A stretch of 36,151 bases of DNA from a virus. This document shows positions 1-6,596 of this stretch, piece after piece. The stretch is taken from positions 1-36,151 of the IMG/VR virus record IMGVR_UViG_3300013131_000009; one strand, written 5' to 3'. How positions within the stretch are numbered: the stretch's first letter is position 1; every line of letters begins with the position of its first letter. The position numbers and the translations under genes are program-made. The notes beneath the pieces were generated by a model. The model was not told the origin of the DNA and did not search any database. It was given only the letters and a program-made list of their open reading frames with translations.

Positions 1-24
1 AGTGAATATTTTAATTGCAAATGA
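1..24. repeat. Left copy of terminal direct repeat (candidate att core)
   Basis: AGTGAATATTTTAATTGCAAATGA is identical to 36128..36151. The repeat is cut by the window edge, so its true length is unknown. Confidence 0.7.
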
Positions 25-81
25 ATATATTAATTATAAGTAATTGATTTTTATATATCATAACTTGGATTGTGTATAAAA

Positions 82-101
82 TACCCGTTAAGTTACCCGT
101 T
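82..101 (+). promoter_or_regulatory. Two direct TACCCGTT motifs (candidate arm-type recombinase sites, xis-proximal arm)
   Basis: TACCCGTT occurs at 82..89 and 94..101. The same motif occurs three times upstream of int (35979, 36000, 36012) in the same orientation. Confidence 0.45.
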
Positions 102-122
102 TTTGGAAAAGCAACAATCACT

Positions 123-154
123 TTAAAAATAATAAAGCCTGCTATGAGCAGGCT
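123..154 (-). terminator. Rho-independent terminator ending the leftward early operon
   Basis: On the minus strand, hairpin AGCCTGCT-CAT-AGCAGGCT (136..154) is followed by TTATTATTTTT. It overlaps the stop codon of the Xis-like gene. Confidence 0.7.
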
Positions 155-345
155 AATGTTCCAGATTCAATCTTATGTTCTTCAACTTTCTGCTTCACAT
201 AAGACTCATGCCAAAAAACATCTTTTTTGTTGATCCGAACTGGCTGTTTAATTTCACCGTTTCTTACTAGTGAGTAAAATACATCTTTCTTAATAGAGAG
301 CAGCTGCATAAACTCTTTAGCTCGAACTCTACGATCAATTTGCAT
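142..345 (-). CDS. AlpA/excisionase-type HTH DNA-binding protein (putative Xis)
   Basis: 67 aa from the ATG at 345, which is preceded by GGAGGGGTGAAT. RAKEFMQLLSIKKDVFYSLVRNGEIKQPVRINKKDVFW fits the AlpA/Xis pattern (HTH ... P ... W). It is the last gene before the att repeat. The track ORF carries a 6-codon upstream extension. Confidence 0.65.
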   Translation of the reverse strand: MQIDRRVRAKEFMQLLSIKKDVFYSLVRNGEIKQPVRINKKDVFWHESYVKQKVEEHKIESGTLACS

Positions 346-418
346 ATTCACCCCTCCGCACATTCAAGAATATTACGAAATGTTCCACGGCTCATGTGTA
401 CCAATTGTTCAATTAGAT

Positions 419-889
419 TCATAGCGGACGCTCCCGTAATGATTCGAGCCAGTCGCCTTTATAATTGAATGATGGTGCTTTCACAAATGAATGTTTCTGC
501 GAATCTAAAGTTGCATTCCACTCATCCTCAATTAATGAATCATCATCAAGATAAGGCTTATCTCTATACCAGTGTGCTTTTTTATCACCAAATCCATCAA
601 TAGCCCACCAATTAGCCCACTCAGGCGCTTGACTCCAATCGGGTTGCCATTCTTCCACATCATCAAAATGTTGTCCCTCACGCTCAACAAATGTATTTGG
701 GTGGGTTAGCATGTCGCGGATTTCTTTTCGTTTTTGCGCTGCTTCTTCTTTTTCACGATTATCTGCTTCGGCTTGCATTGCATCTGCGTACTGAAAGCAA
801 AGAGAAGCCAGCAACTTCATGTCTGTTATTGGTTCAACACTCTGCATTGCAATAGCCATCTCATGCGCCAATTCCATTTTAGTTTTCAA
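419..889 (-). CDS. Hypothetical early protein, acidic and Trp-rich
   Basis: 156-aa ORF in the leftward operon whose start overlaps the stop of the upstream gene. The C-terminal half is rich in D/E/W (EEWQPDWSQAPEWANWWAIDGF). No motif recognised. Confidence 0.65.
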   Translation of the reverse strand: MKTKMELAHEMAIAMQSVEPITDMKLLASLCFQYADAMQAEADNREKEEAAQKRKEIRDMLTHPNTFVEREGQHFDDVEEWQPDWSQAPEWANWWAIDGFGDKKAHWYRDKPYLDDDSLIEDEWNATLDSQKHSFVKAPSFNYKGDWLESLRERPL

Positions 890-1248
890 GACACTTCTCC
901 CAAACTATCAACCACGCCAATCGGAAGACCGAACACACTTTTAAAAGCCTTATCAAATTCACCACTTGCGATGTACTGGTCAATATCAGAACTCGGATGA
1001 TCGTGTTCTTTTATATAGCTGCTGAATGCTGTATATAAGCCGTTTAAGTTCTCTTTAGTTACGCCAATATGGGTGTTGTCGCCGATGTTTTTAACTGGAA
1101 AGCCAACACTTAGATTAGAATCATCAATGATTTTCATGAACAGGGGCAATTCATCTTGGTTAAAAATCAAGTCAAACGGCATTTCTCTACGCAACTCATC
1201 ACAAACATAGTTCGCCACTTGAAGCTTGGTTAATTGATTTTTAGTCAT
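886..1248 (-). CDS. Hypothetical early protein
   Basis: 120-aa ORF. It shares 8 nt with the upstream gene (its ATG at 1248..1246 lies inside that gene's last codons, ATGACTAA), and the downstream gene start overlaps its stop. Confidence 0.65.
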   Translation of the reverse strand: MTKNQLTKLQVANYVCDELRREMPFDLIFNQDELPLFMKIIDDSNLSVGFPVKNIGDNTHIGVTKENLNGLYTAFSSYIKEHDHPSSDIDQYIASGEFDKAFKSVFGLPIGVVDSLGEVS

Positions 1249-1606
1249 TGGTTGGCTCCTGTGCTTCGATCATGGCTTTATACCCAATTTTTAAGGTCTT
1301 ATCATCCACCGAAATACTACAAGCACCTGCATACGTGTCTTCATATTCAACCTCTGGAAAGGCATCAAGAATCTTTTGTGTCGGCTCTTTCGGCACCAAA
1401 ACAAAACCATCGGGAGTGGCTTGGGCTTTGGCTGCTTGCCATGCTTGCCATGCAAAACTCATTGCTTCTGGTGCGGAGTCTGGGCAAAAATCCTCGTTTG
1501 GATAATATGTATTACTTTCTTCGTGGTATCTAACCCAATCCTGATCTAAAGCAAGCTTAGCAAGCGGCAATGCCTCAAAAGCCTTTCTATCAATATCTTT
1601 AGTCAT
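1241..1606 (-). CDS. Hypothetical early protein, acidic
   Basis: Start chosen at ATG 1606 (GGAGCAAGCAAATG; its ATGACTAA contains the upstream gene's TAA stop). The longer track ORF (to 1717) would overlap the upstream gene by more than 100 nt. Confidence 0.6.
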   Translation of the reverse strand: MTKDIDRKAFEALPLAKLALDQDWVRYHEESNTYYPNEDFCPDSAPEAMSFAWQAWQAAKAQATPDGFVLVPKEPTQKILDAFPEVEYEDTYAGACSISVDDKTLKIGYKAMIEAQEPTND

Positions 1607-2237
1607 TTGCTTGCTCCAAAAACGTTGTGTCATGCCACCATTCTTTGTTTTCTTGAAGATACTTAGTGTGATCATCTTGAGTGCCGTTCCATTCTTCCAA
1701 AGTGATTGAATCCGCAATGCATTGACCGACTTTAGGGAAAGTCTGTAACGCTTCTGACTTCAAGCGATATACCAACTGTTCACCCATTTCTTTTGATGGA
1801 ATCGGATGCAAAAGCTCTGAATCAGGTTCTTCAGGAATATTTACTGCCCATAACTTTTGATCATCTTTAGTCATTTGCGCCACCTTCTTCTTTAACTGTG
1901 CTTTGAGCAGCTCAATTTCAGATTGCAATTCTTCAACTTTTTCAGAATGCAAAACTTTAAGATTTTCAGATGTAAAAGCGTTTTGACAATCTTTAGCTAT
2001 GCGCTCAATAGTTTTTTCAAGATCAAGAAATGATTGAGAATCTGAACTATTCAATCCATGTTTAAAAGCCCCTTGAACAGCACCAAAAATAGTTGAATAG
2101 TGATATTTCTGTCCTGCAAATTTGCTAGAATTAATATATGTTTCTTGCTGTTTTTCAGGTATTTTCCCAAGAATAATTCCTGATTCATTTGCGGAAGAAT
2201 AAATCACCCATGCTTTATTTAATCTAATTTCCATCAC
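1599..2237 (-). CDS. Hypothetical early protein with central coiled-coil segment
   Basis: 212-aa ORF containing EELQSEIELLKAQLKKKVAQ. Its start overlaps the stop of the upstream gene. Confidence 0.65.
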   Translation of the reverse strand: MMEIRLNKAWVIYSSANESGIILGKIPEKQQETYINSSKFAGQKYHYSTIFGAVQGAFKHGLNSSDSQSFLDLEKTIERIAKDCQNAFTSENLKVLHSEKVEELQSEIELLKAQLKKKVAQMTKDDQKLWAVNIPEEPDSELLHPIPSKEMGEQLVYRLKSEALQTFPKVGQCIADSITLEEWNGTQDDHTKYLQENKEWWHDTTFLEQAND

Positions 2238-2458
2238 GCCACCTTCAAACTTTCTAAAAATTCTTTGCCATTGTTTAGATACTGCTTTAAGAAAAGCACG
2301 TATTTTTGCTTCATCGGCTTATTCATCCGACCTGTATAGTCCATTTCTAAGCGTTGCTTTGCGTTGAAATACTGCACTGATGTTTGTGTTCGCTTTCCTT
2401 TAAATCCGCCTTTAATCAGCCAAATTTCAAAGCAAGTGAGAATGTTTTTACTCACCAT
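2234..2458 (-). CDS. Hypothetical small protein (start uncertain)
   Basis: The track ORF 2234..2626 overlaps the exonuclease gene by 110 nt. The internal ATG at 2458 (MVSKNILT...) avoids the overlap. Confidence 0.45.
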   Translation of the reverse strand: MVSKNILTCFEIWLIKGGFKGKRTQTSVQYFNAKQRLEMDYTGRMNKPMKQKYVLFLKQYLNNGKEFLESLKVA

Positions 2459-2516
2459 GTCATCACCACGCCCAATCCAAGCAGCATCAAAAACATTACC
2501 CCAAGTTTGAGTTCGA

Positions 2517-3176
2517 TCATGCTGCCACCTTTCCTTTGCTACGCTCAGCAAATAGCTGCTCATAGTAGTTTTGACAGTGCGGAATCTTGTCTTTAATCTT
2601 TTGAATAACCGCTTCGTCACGCTCAATAATCACAGTCGTTTTGCGCTCTCGAATATCAATTGCTTCGACAAGATGAACCAACTGATCTATGTCATCCCAG
2701 TCTTTTAATAATTCAGGTGGGCAAGGGAATAGCCAAAAATCAATGTTCGCCACTTCGCAGTCATACAGCCACATATACGCTTGCATCTGCACGTCATAGC
2801 CTGCCTTTTTGACCTTTTCCATCGCTTCATCTGCAAAGAATGGATGTGTGCCAATATCCCAAGTGACCTTGGTGTCAATAATGAGTTTTCGCTCAAGATC
2901 AAGCACATCACACTCACCAGTGATTAACTTATTTTCAACACGTCCAACATGCTTTTGGTAATTGCGAAAGCGCATCTTGCCTGACAATTCAATTGCTAAA
3001 TCTTCAAGCAAATTTCCTTTTTGCGTGTACTGGTTGCCAGTGAATGAGCGAAAGCCGTATAAGTCCTCTTTCACAATGTCACGAATTGCAGACTTTGCAG
3101 TGTCGCTGATGACAGCCGCTTTAGAGCGACCATCACCAATGAGTTTGTGTAAGGATGAACAGCGGAATAGTTTCAT
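2517..3176 (-). CDS. YqaJ/lambda-Exo-like PD-(D/E)xK recombination exonuclease
   Basis: GECDVLDL ... LIIDTKV matches the D...(D/E)xK nuclease core. The N-terminus CSSLHKLIG resembles the YqaJ family. It is operon partner of RecT. Confidence 0.7.
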   Translation of the reverse strand: MKLFRCSSLHKLIGDGRSKAAVISDTAKSAIRDIVKEDLYGFRSFTGNQYTQKGNLLEDLAIELSGKMRFRNYQKHVGRVENKLITGECDVLDLERKLIIDTKVTWDIGTHPFFADEAMEKVKKAGYDVQMQAYMWLYDCEVANIDFWLFPCPPELLKDWDDIDQLVHLVEAIDIRERKTTVIIERDEAVIQKIKDKIPHCQNYYEQLFAERSKGKVAA

Positions 3177-3403
3177 AAGTCACCCTTAGCTTTCTTTTTG
3201 GTCAGCTCGTGCCAATCAAGCAACTCTTGATAGTCAAAGTACACAGATGATTGGCTAGAATCCCCATCTTTAATTGGTTTAGGAAAATCAGCGTCACGCT
3301 CAATAATGTTTGAGAGTGTTTGGCGGCTAACATCAAGTAATTCGCATGTGGTTTTTTGGCTAACACGAATAGGGTTTGCTTTGACAAATTTCACCTTCTC
3401 CAT
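3173..3403 (-). CDS. Small AlpA-like HTH DNA-binding protein
   Basis: VSQKTTCELLDVSRQTLSNIIERDADFPKPIK...W fits the AlpA/Xis pattern. ATG 3403 shares one base with the recT stop (TGATG), with GGAGG 7 nt upstream. Confidence 0.55.
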   Translation of the reverse strand: MEKVKFVKANPIRVSQKTTCELLDVSRQTLSNIIERDADFPKPIKDGDSSQSSVYFDYQELLDWHELTKKKAKGDL

Positions 3404-4275
3404 CACTGAGCCTCCACCGCTACACGCTGCGCATCTGTCAAAGCATAACCATCCAAGATATAAGCCTTGTCAATCGCACCAGCATTCAACTGTTCAAGTA
3501 CCGCGCCAAATTCATCATCGCTTAGCGGTAGTTTTGGTGCTTCTAAATCCGCAACCGATTCGCTGTGGTCGATATAATCAAACTCGTCTTTTTCCACATC
3601 ACGGATGATTGCTTGATCTGCCATTTGTGCTTTTTGCATATCAATTGAAAGTGGTGCCTGCTTCGATAAAAGTAGCTTCAACACGGTTTTAAGTGCCATC
3701 GCTTCAAACTGATCTTTCCACACGCCAAAGCCTTTTTTAGCTGTTTGGCTGTATTTGTTAGCGTGCTTCATTACTTCTTCTTTACTCATGTAAAGTTCAG
3801 CAGTAAAGCCATTAATCAGCTTGAAAAACGCCACATATCCAATCGGGTTGCCATTTGGCTTAACTGACCAATCGAACTCATAACCAAGTAAAGGATTTTC
3901 GCTAATCAACTGCCCATCATAAACAGGTGTTGCAGCAATACGACTGAACTGACCAGAACGTTGTGCTAACTGGATGTATCCCTTGTACCCAAGTTGAAAT
4001 TGAGCTTCGATGGTGTTTGTTTTGTTGTTCTTGAAAGGAACAATGTAGGCAAAACCGAGATTGTTATTGATTGGCAAATTCAGCGTTGCAGCCATACATG
4101 CAGCACTAAAAATAGTTTGAGGATCTGCATTTACCAACATTGAGTTGCTGTTCACGATCTGCAATACAGACGTTGCAAAAGCAGGGGCATTTTTACCAAC
4201 AAGTTCTTTTAGCTTTTCCTGAACCATTGGCTTTGCGAAAAAGTCTTTAGCGTTGTGTTTTACTGGTGCATTCAT
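3403..4275 (-). CDS. recT: RecT-family single-strand annealing protein
   Basis: GFAYIVPF, QFQLGYKGYIQLAQRSGQ and GYVAFFKL are characteristic RecT blocks. 290 aa, adjacent to the exonuclease gene. Confidence 0.85.
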   Translation of the reverse strand: MNAPVKHNAKDFFAKPMVQEKLKELVGKNAPAFATSVLQIVNSNSMLVNADPQTIFSAACMAATLNLPINNNLGFAYIVPFKNNKTNTIEAQFQLGYKGYIQLAQRSGQFSRIAATPVYDGQLISENPLLGYEFDWSVKPNGNPIGYVAFFKLINGFTAELYMSKEEVMKHANKYSQTAKKGFGVWKDQFEAMALKTVLKLLLSKQAPLSIDMQKAQMADQAIIRDVEKDEFDYIDHSESVADLEAPKLPLSDDEFGAVLEQLNAGAIDKAYILDGYALTDAQRVAVEAQ

Positions 4276-4344
4276 TTCTATTCTCCGAGCAAATATCTGC
4301 GCAATTTCCTTTGATTTTGGATAAATTGCGCAGATTTGTTCTCA

Positions 4345-4539
4345 TTAGGCTGCTTTCTTTAAAAGCTGTTCTGTTTTTTGTGCTTCAATCGCTTTGATTT
4401 CAGCAATCCAGTTTTCGTATTCGTTACGATCTAAATGACCGAATGCGTATAAAGTCTCTACTGCTTGATTAAGCTCAGAAGTCGTATAAACACGATCAAG
4501 CTTTGACTTCATGTTCGAGAGATATGATTGAGCGTTCAT
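4345..4539 (-). CDS. Hypothetical small protein
   Basis: 64-aa ORF whose start overlaps the stop of the upstream gene. Confidence 0.55.
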   Translation of the reverse strand: MNAQSYLSNMKSKLDRVYTTSELNQAVETLYAFGHLDRNEYENWIAEIKAIEAQKTEQLLKKAA

Positions 4540-5321
4540 CTCTTAATCCCTCCACGCAAAGCTGCTACGACTTGCTTGATTTCTTCTTCGGTGCGCCAAC
4601 AAGCAAAGTGAGTGCAACCAACATGATGAACAATGGACTTATATCCCAATGGAGTTGATGAATCTAAAACCCAAATTAACTCATTGCTTTTCGGCTCAAA
4701 AGGCGCAGGAATCTCCACGTTTAATGTGATGGTGCGGGGTTTGATTCGGAATCTAAAAGCATTACCAAGAAACATTCCAAGAAGGTGATGATTATTAGCT
4801 CTTACCCAATTATTTTCCTTGTCTCTTAACTCAACCTCTTTCCCATCCGCCAAAGCTCGTAACGCATCAGCCCCACTAATCAAGCCTTGCTCTAATGACT
4901 TTTGAATTGGCTTTAAATCGCTGATTTTGTACTCATCATCTTCAACTTCATCCCATAGTTGCCATTCATTTTTGAAGTAGTTGTATCCATACCAAGAGCC
5001 ATTTATATTTATTGCAGCTCCATTCATGCCATCACAAGAGTGAGTCGCATCATTCACATCATTACGATGCAAAACAACAAGGTCTCGAAGTTCAGGTAGG
5101 GTGAGTTCTTTTCCAACCCACCCATCAAGCATTACATCTTCATCCTTGTCGAAATAGCACAAGCAATTTTTCCCTTGGAAATCCTTTGTAAAAAGAAGAC
5201 CAAGTCTCCATGAAACAACCTCTTTTCCTGAGCCATTCCACTCATAACCCAACTCAAAAAACAACTCCTGAGCTTCTCTACTTTCTGCTTCGTTATTCAC
5301 TTTGATTTTGTAGTTATTCAT
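4536..5321 (-). CDS. Hypothetical early protein
   Basis: Start set at ATG 5321 (MNNYKIKV), with GGAG 8 nt upstream. The track start at 5330 is a GTG. No motif recognised. Confidence 0.65.
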   Translation of the reverse strand: MNNYKIKVNNEAESREAQELFFELGYEWNGSGKEVVSWRLGLLFTKDFQGKNCLCYFDKDEDVMLDGWVGKELTLPELRDLVVLHRNDVNDATHSCDGMNGAAININGSWYGYNYFKNEWQLWDEVEDDEYKISDLKPIQKSLEQGLISGADALRALADGKEVELRDKENNWVRANNHHLLGMFLGNAFRFRIKPRTITLNVEIPAPFEPKSNELIWVLDSSTPLGYKSIVHHVGCTHFACWRTEEEIKQVVAALRGGIKR

Positions 5322-5322
5322 C

Positions 5323-5436
5323 TCACACACTCCACACAGCAGGGCAGATCACCGTGTAAAGCACGTATAGAGCTGCAATTAGCAAAAGGAAATAAATGAT
5401 CATTCCAATAACGCAGTTTTTCCATGTGTTAGGCAT
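5323..5436 (-). CDS. 37-aa hydrophobic membrane peptide (below the track's reporting length)
   Basis: AGGAGAACGTT ATG. Product MPNTWKNCVIGMIIYFLLLIAALYVLYTVICPAVWSV has one TM helix. Its stop lies 1 nt before the next start. Confidence 0.55.
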   Translation of the reverse strand: MPNTWKNCVIGMIIYFLLLIAALYVLYTVICPAVWSV

Positions 5437-5454
5437 AACGTTCTCCTGGAGCGC

Positions 5455-5838
5455 TTAAACGCGCTCTCTTAGTTCTTGTTCGATGATTTCTTTGATCTCT
5501 ACAACATCGAGACGATCAACGTATGCTTGGATTTCACCATCTTCGTTGTAGACGCGAATGTCTTTGATTTCTTTTACTTCAACATCACGCCAGTTATGAC
5601 CCACGCCATTTCCATCCATGTAAACGTCTGCAACGTATTCCACTTCCAACGAATACTGCTCATCAGCAGTTAAGAGAGTTGCTTGCTCAGCTTTGACATT
5701 GATTTCGTCAAGTTTGAAAGGAGCCATCACATAGACTGGCTCGTTTGTTTTTGCTGGTACGATCGCATAAGCAGCAGTTAATGCACTTACTACGCCTGCA
5801 AAGCCGATTGATTTGACTACATTTGCTTTTATGTTCAT
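5455..5838 (-). CDS. Exported or membrane-anchored acidic protein, first gene after PL
   Basis: Start at ATG 5838 (GAGTGAG upstream). MNIKANVVKSIGFAGVVSALTAAYA-IVPAK looks like a Sec signal peptide with an AYA cleavage site. The track start (5937) lies inside the PL promoter. Confidence 0.6.
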   Translation of the reverse strand: MNIKANVVKSIGFAGVVSALTAAYAIVPAKTNEPVYVMAPFKLDEINVKAEQATLLTADEQYSLEVEYVADVYMDGNGVGHNWRDVEVKEIKDIRVYNEDGEIQAYVDRLDVVEIKEIIEQELRERV

Positions 5839-5858
5839 ACTCATCTCACTCTTTGAGT

Positions 5859-5893
5859 AAAAGTCCCGTCGGTCGAATGTCAGGGACTTTTTT
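5859..5893. promoter_or_regulatory. A/T-flanked hairpin in the PL leader (terminator-like in both directions)
   Basis: AAAAGTCCC-N15-GGGACTTTTTT lies between the predicted PL start (~5902) and the first gene. Confidence 0.45.
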
Positions 5894-5908
5894 GTTGTCT
5901 GTGAGATA

Positions 5909-5937
5909 AATATCGCATTACCGATATTAATAGTCAA
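5909..5937 (-). promoter_or_regulatory. PL-like early leftward promoter
   Basis: The minus strand reads TTGACT-17 nt-GATATT. The spacer and -10 carry one operator and the -35 overlaps a second. Confidence 0.6.
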
Positions 5938-5971
5938 TAGGAAATCCGATAAAAATATAGAAAAACCGATA
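5911..5971 (-). promoter_or_regulatory. OL: three 16-bp operator sites
   Basis: Minus-strand reads: TATCGGTAATGCGATA (5911..5926), TATCGGATTTCCTATT (5936..5951), TATCGGTTTTTCTATA (5956..5971). The same family occurs at OR. Confidence 0.7.
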
Positions 5972-5995
5972 TTTTTATTTTTACTATGTTTTAAT

Positions 5996-6026
5996 AGATG
6001 AAAGAAAACCCAAATTTAGTGGGTTT
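5996..6026 (-). terminator. Terminator of the CI immunity operon
   Basis: On the minus strand, AAACCCA-CTAAATT-TGGGTTT is followed by TCTTTC, downstream of gene 6072..6575. Confidence 0.55.
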
Positions 6027-6071
6027 AATGGAGATAAGATGAATAAAATTGAATCGGTAATTATTAAACGC

Positions 6072-6575
6072 TTACTTTGGGCTACTATCTTTTTCAATAG
6101 TATAACTTTGGCCTGTATGCTTTTTATTATCTACAGCATTGTAAAAAACTGAAAAGTAAATGGTAACCAGAATAGATATAGCAGCAAGTATTGAAGCGAT
6201 GCAGCCAACAATAAATGTTGGTGTAACAGTCCAGTGAGGTTTTGACGATTCCTTGATTTGTCTCATTAAAAGCTCATTGCTTATTAAGGTCAATGTAGCT
6301 GGATCTATAGCCCCTTTATGATTTTCACCACTCAGCAATTTTTGTAAATAATTGGTTTCCATAGAGCTAAGTTGCTCAGCCTTGATGTCAAGGAAATTAG
6401 GATCAGCTATTCTTGGAATTTTGAGCTCCAATTCCTTAATCAAATTGCTTTGATCAAAAATATTGTTTATTTGAGCATTATGGTCTTCATTTGTTTTATC
6501 TAAGCCAGCACTTATCTCTTTAACTTTCTCAAGCGTTAACTTACCAAGCTTAATAGTATTTTTTTCTTCACTCAT
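6072..6575 (-). CDS. Tail-anchored membrane protein of unknown function, co-oriented with and downstream of CI (rex position)
   Basis: ATG at 6575 lies 21 nt after the CI stop, preceded by AGGGTAAAAA. 167 aa with a single C-terminal TM (TPTFIVGCIASILAAISILVTIYFSVFY). The DNA is markedly AT-rich. Confidence 0.75.
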   Translation of the reverse strand: MSEEKNTIKLGKLTLEKVKEISAGLDKTNEDHNAQINNIFDQSNLIKELELKIPRIADPNFLDIKAEQLSSMETNYLQKLLSGENHKGAIDPATLTLISNELLMRQIKESSKPHWTVTPTFIVGCIASILAAISILVTIYFSVFYNAVDNKKHTGQSYTIEKDSSPK

Positions 6576-6596
6576 TTTTTACCCTAACTCTTAATT

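Noticed and set aside
5839-5937. N-terminal extension of ORF 5455..5937
   Set aside because: The extension would start inside the PL -35 and operator region. The internal ATG at 5838 has an SD and yields a typical signal peptide.
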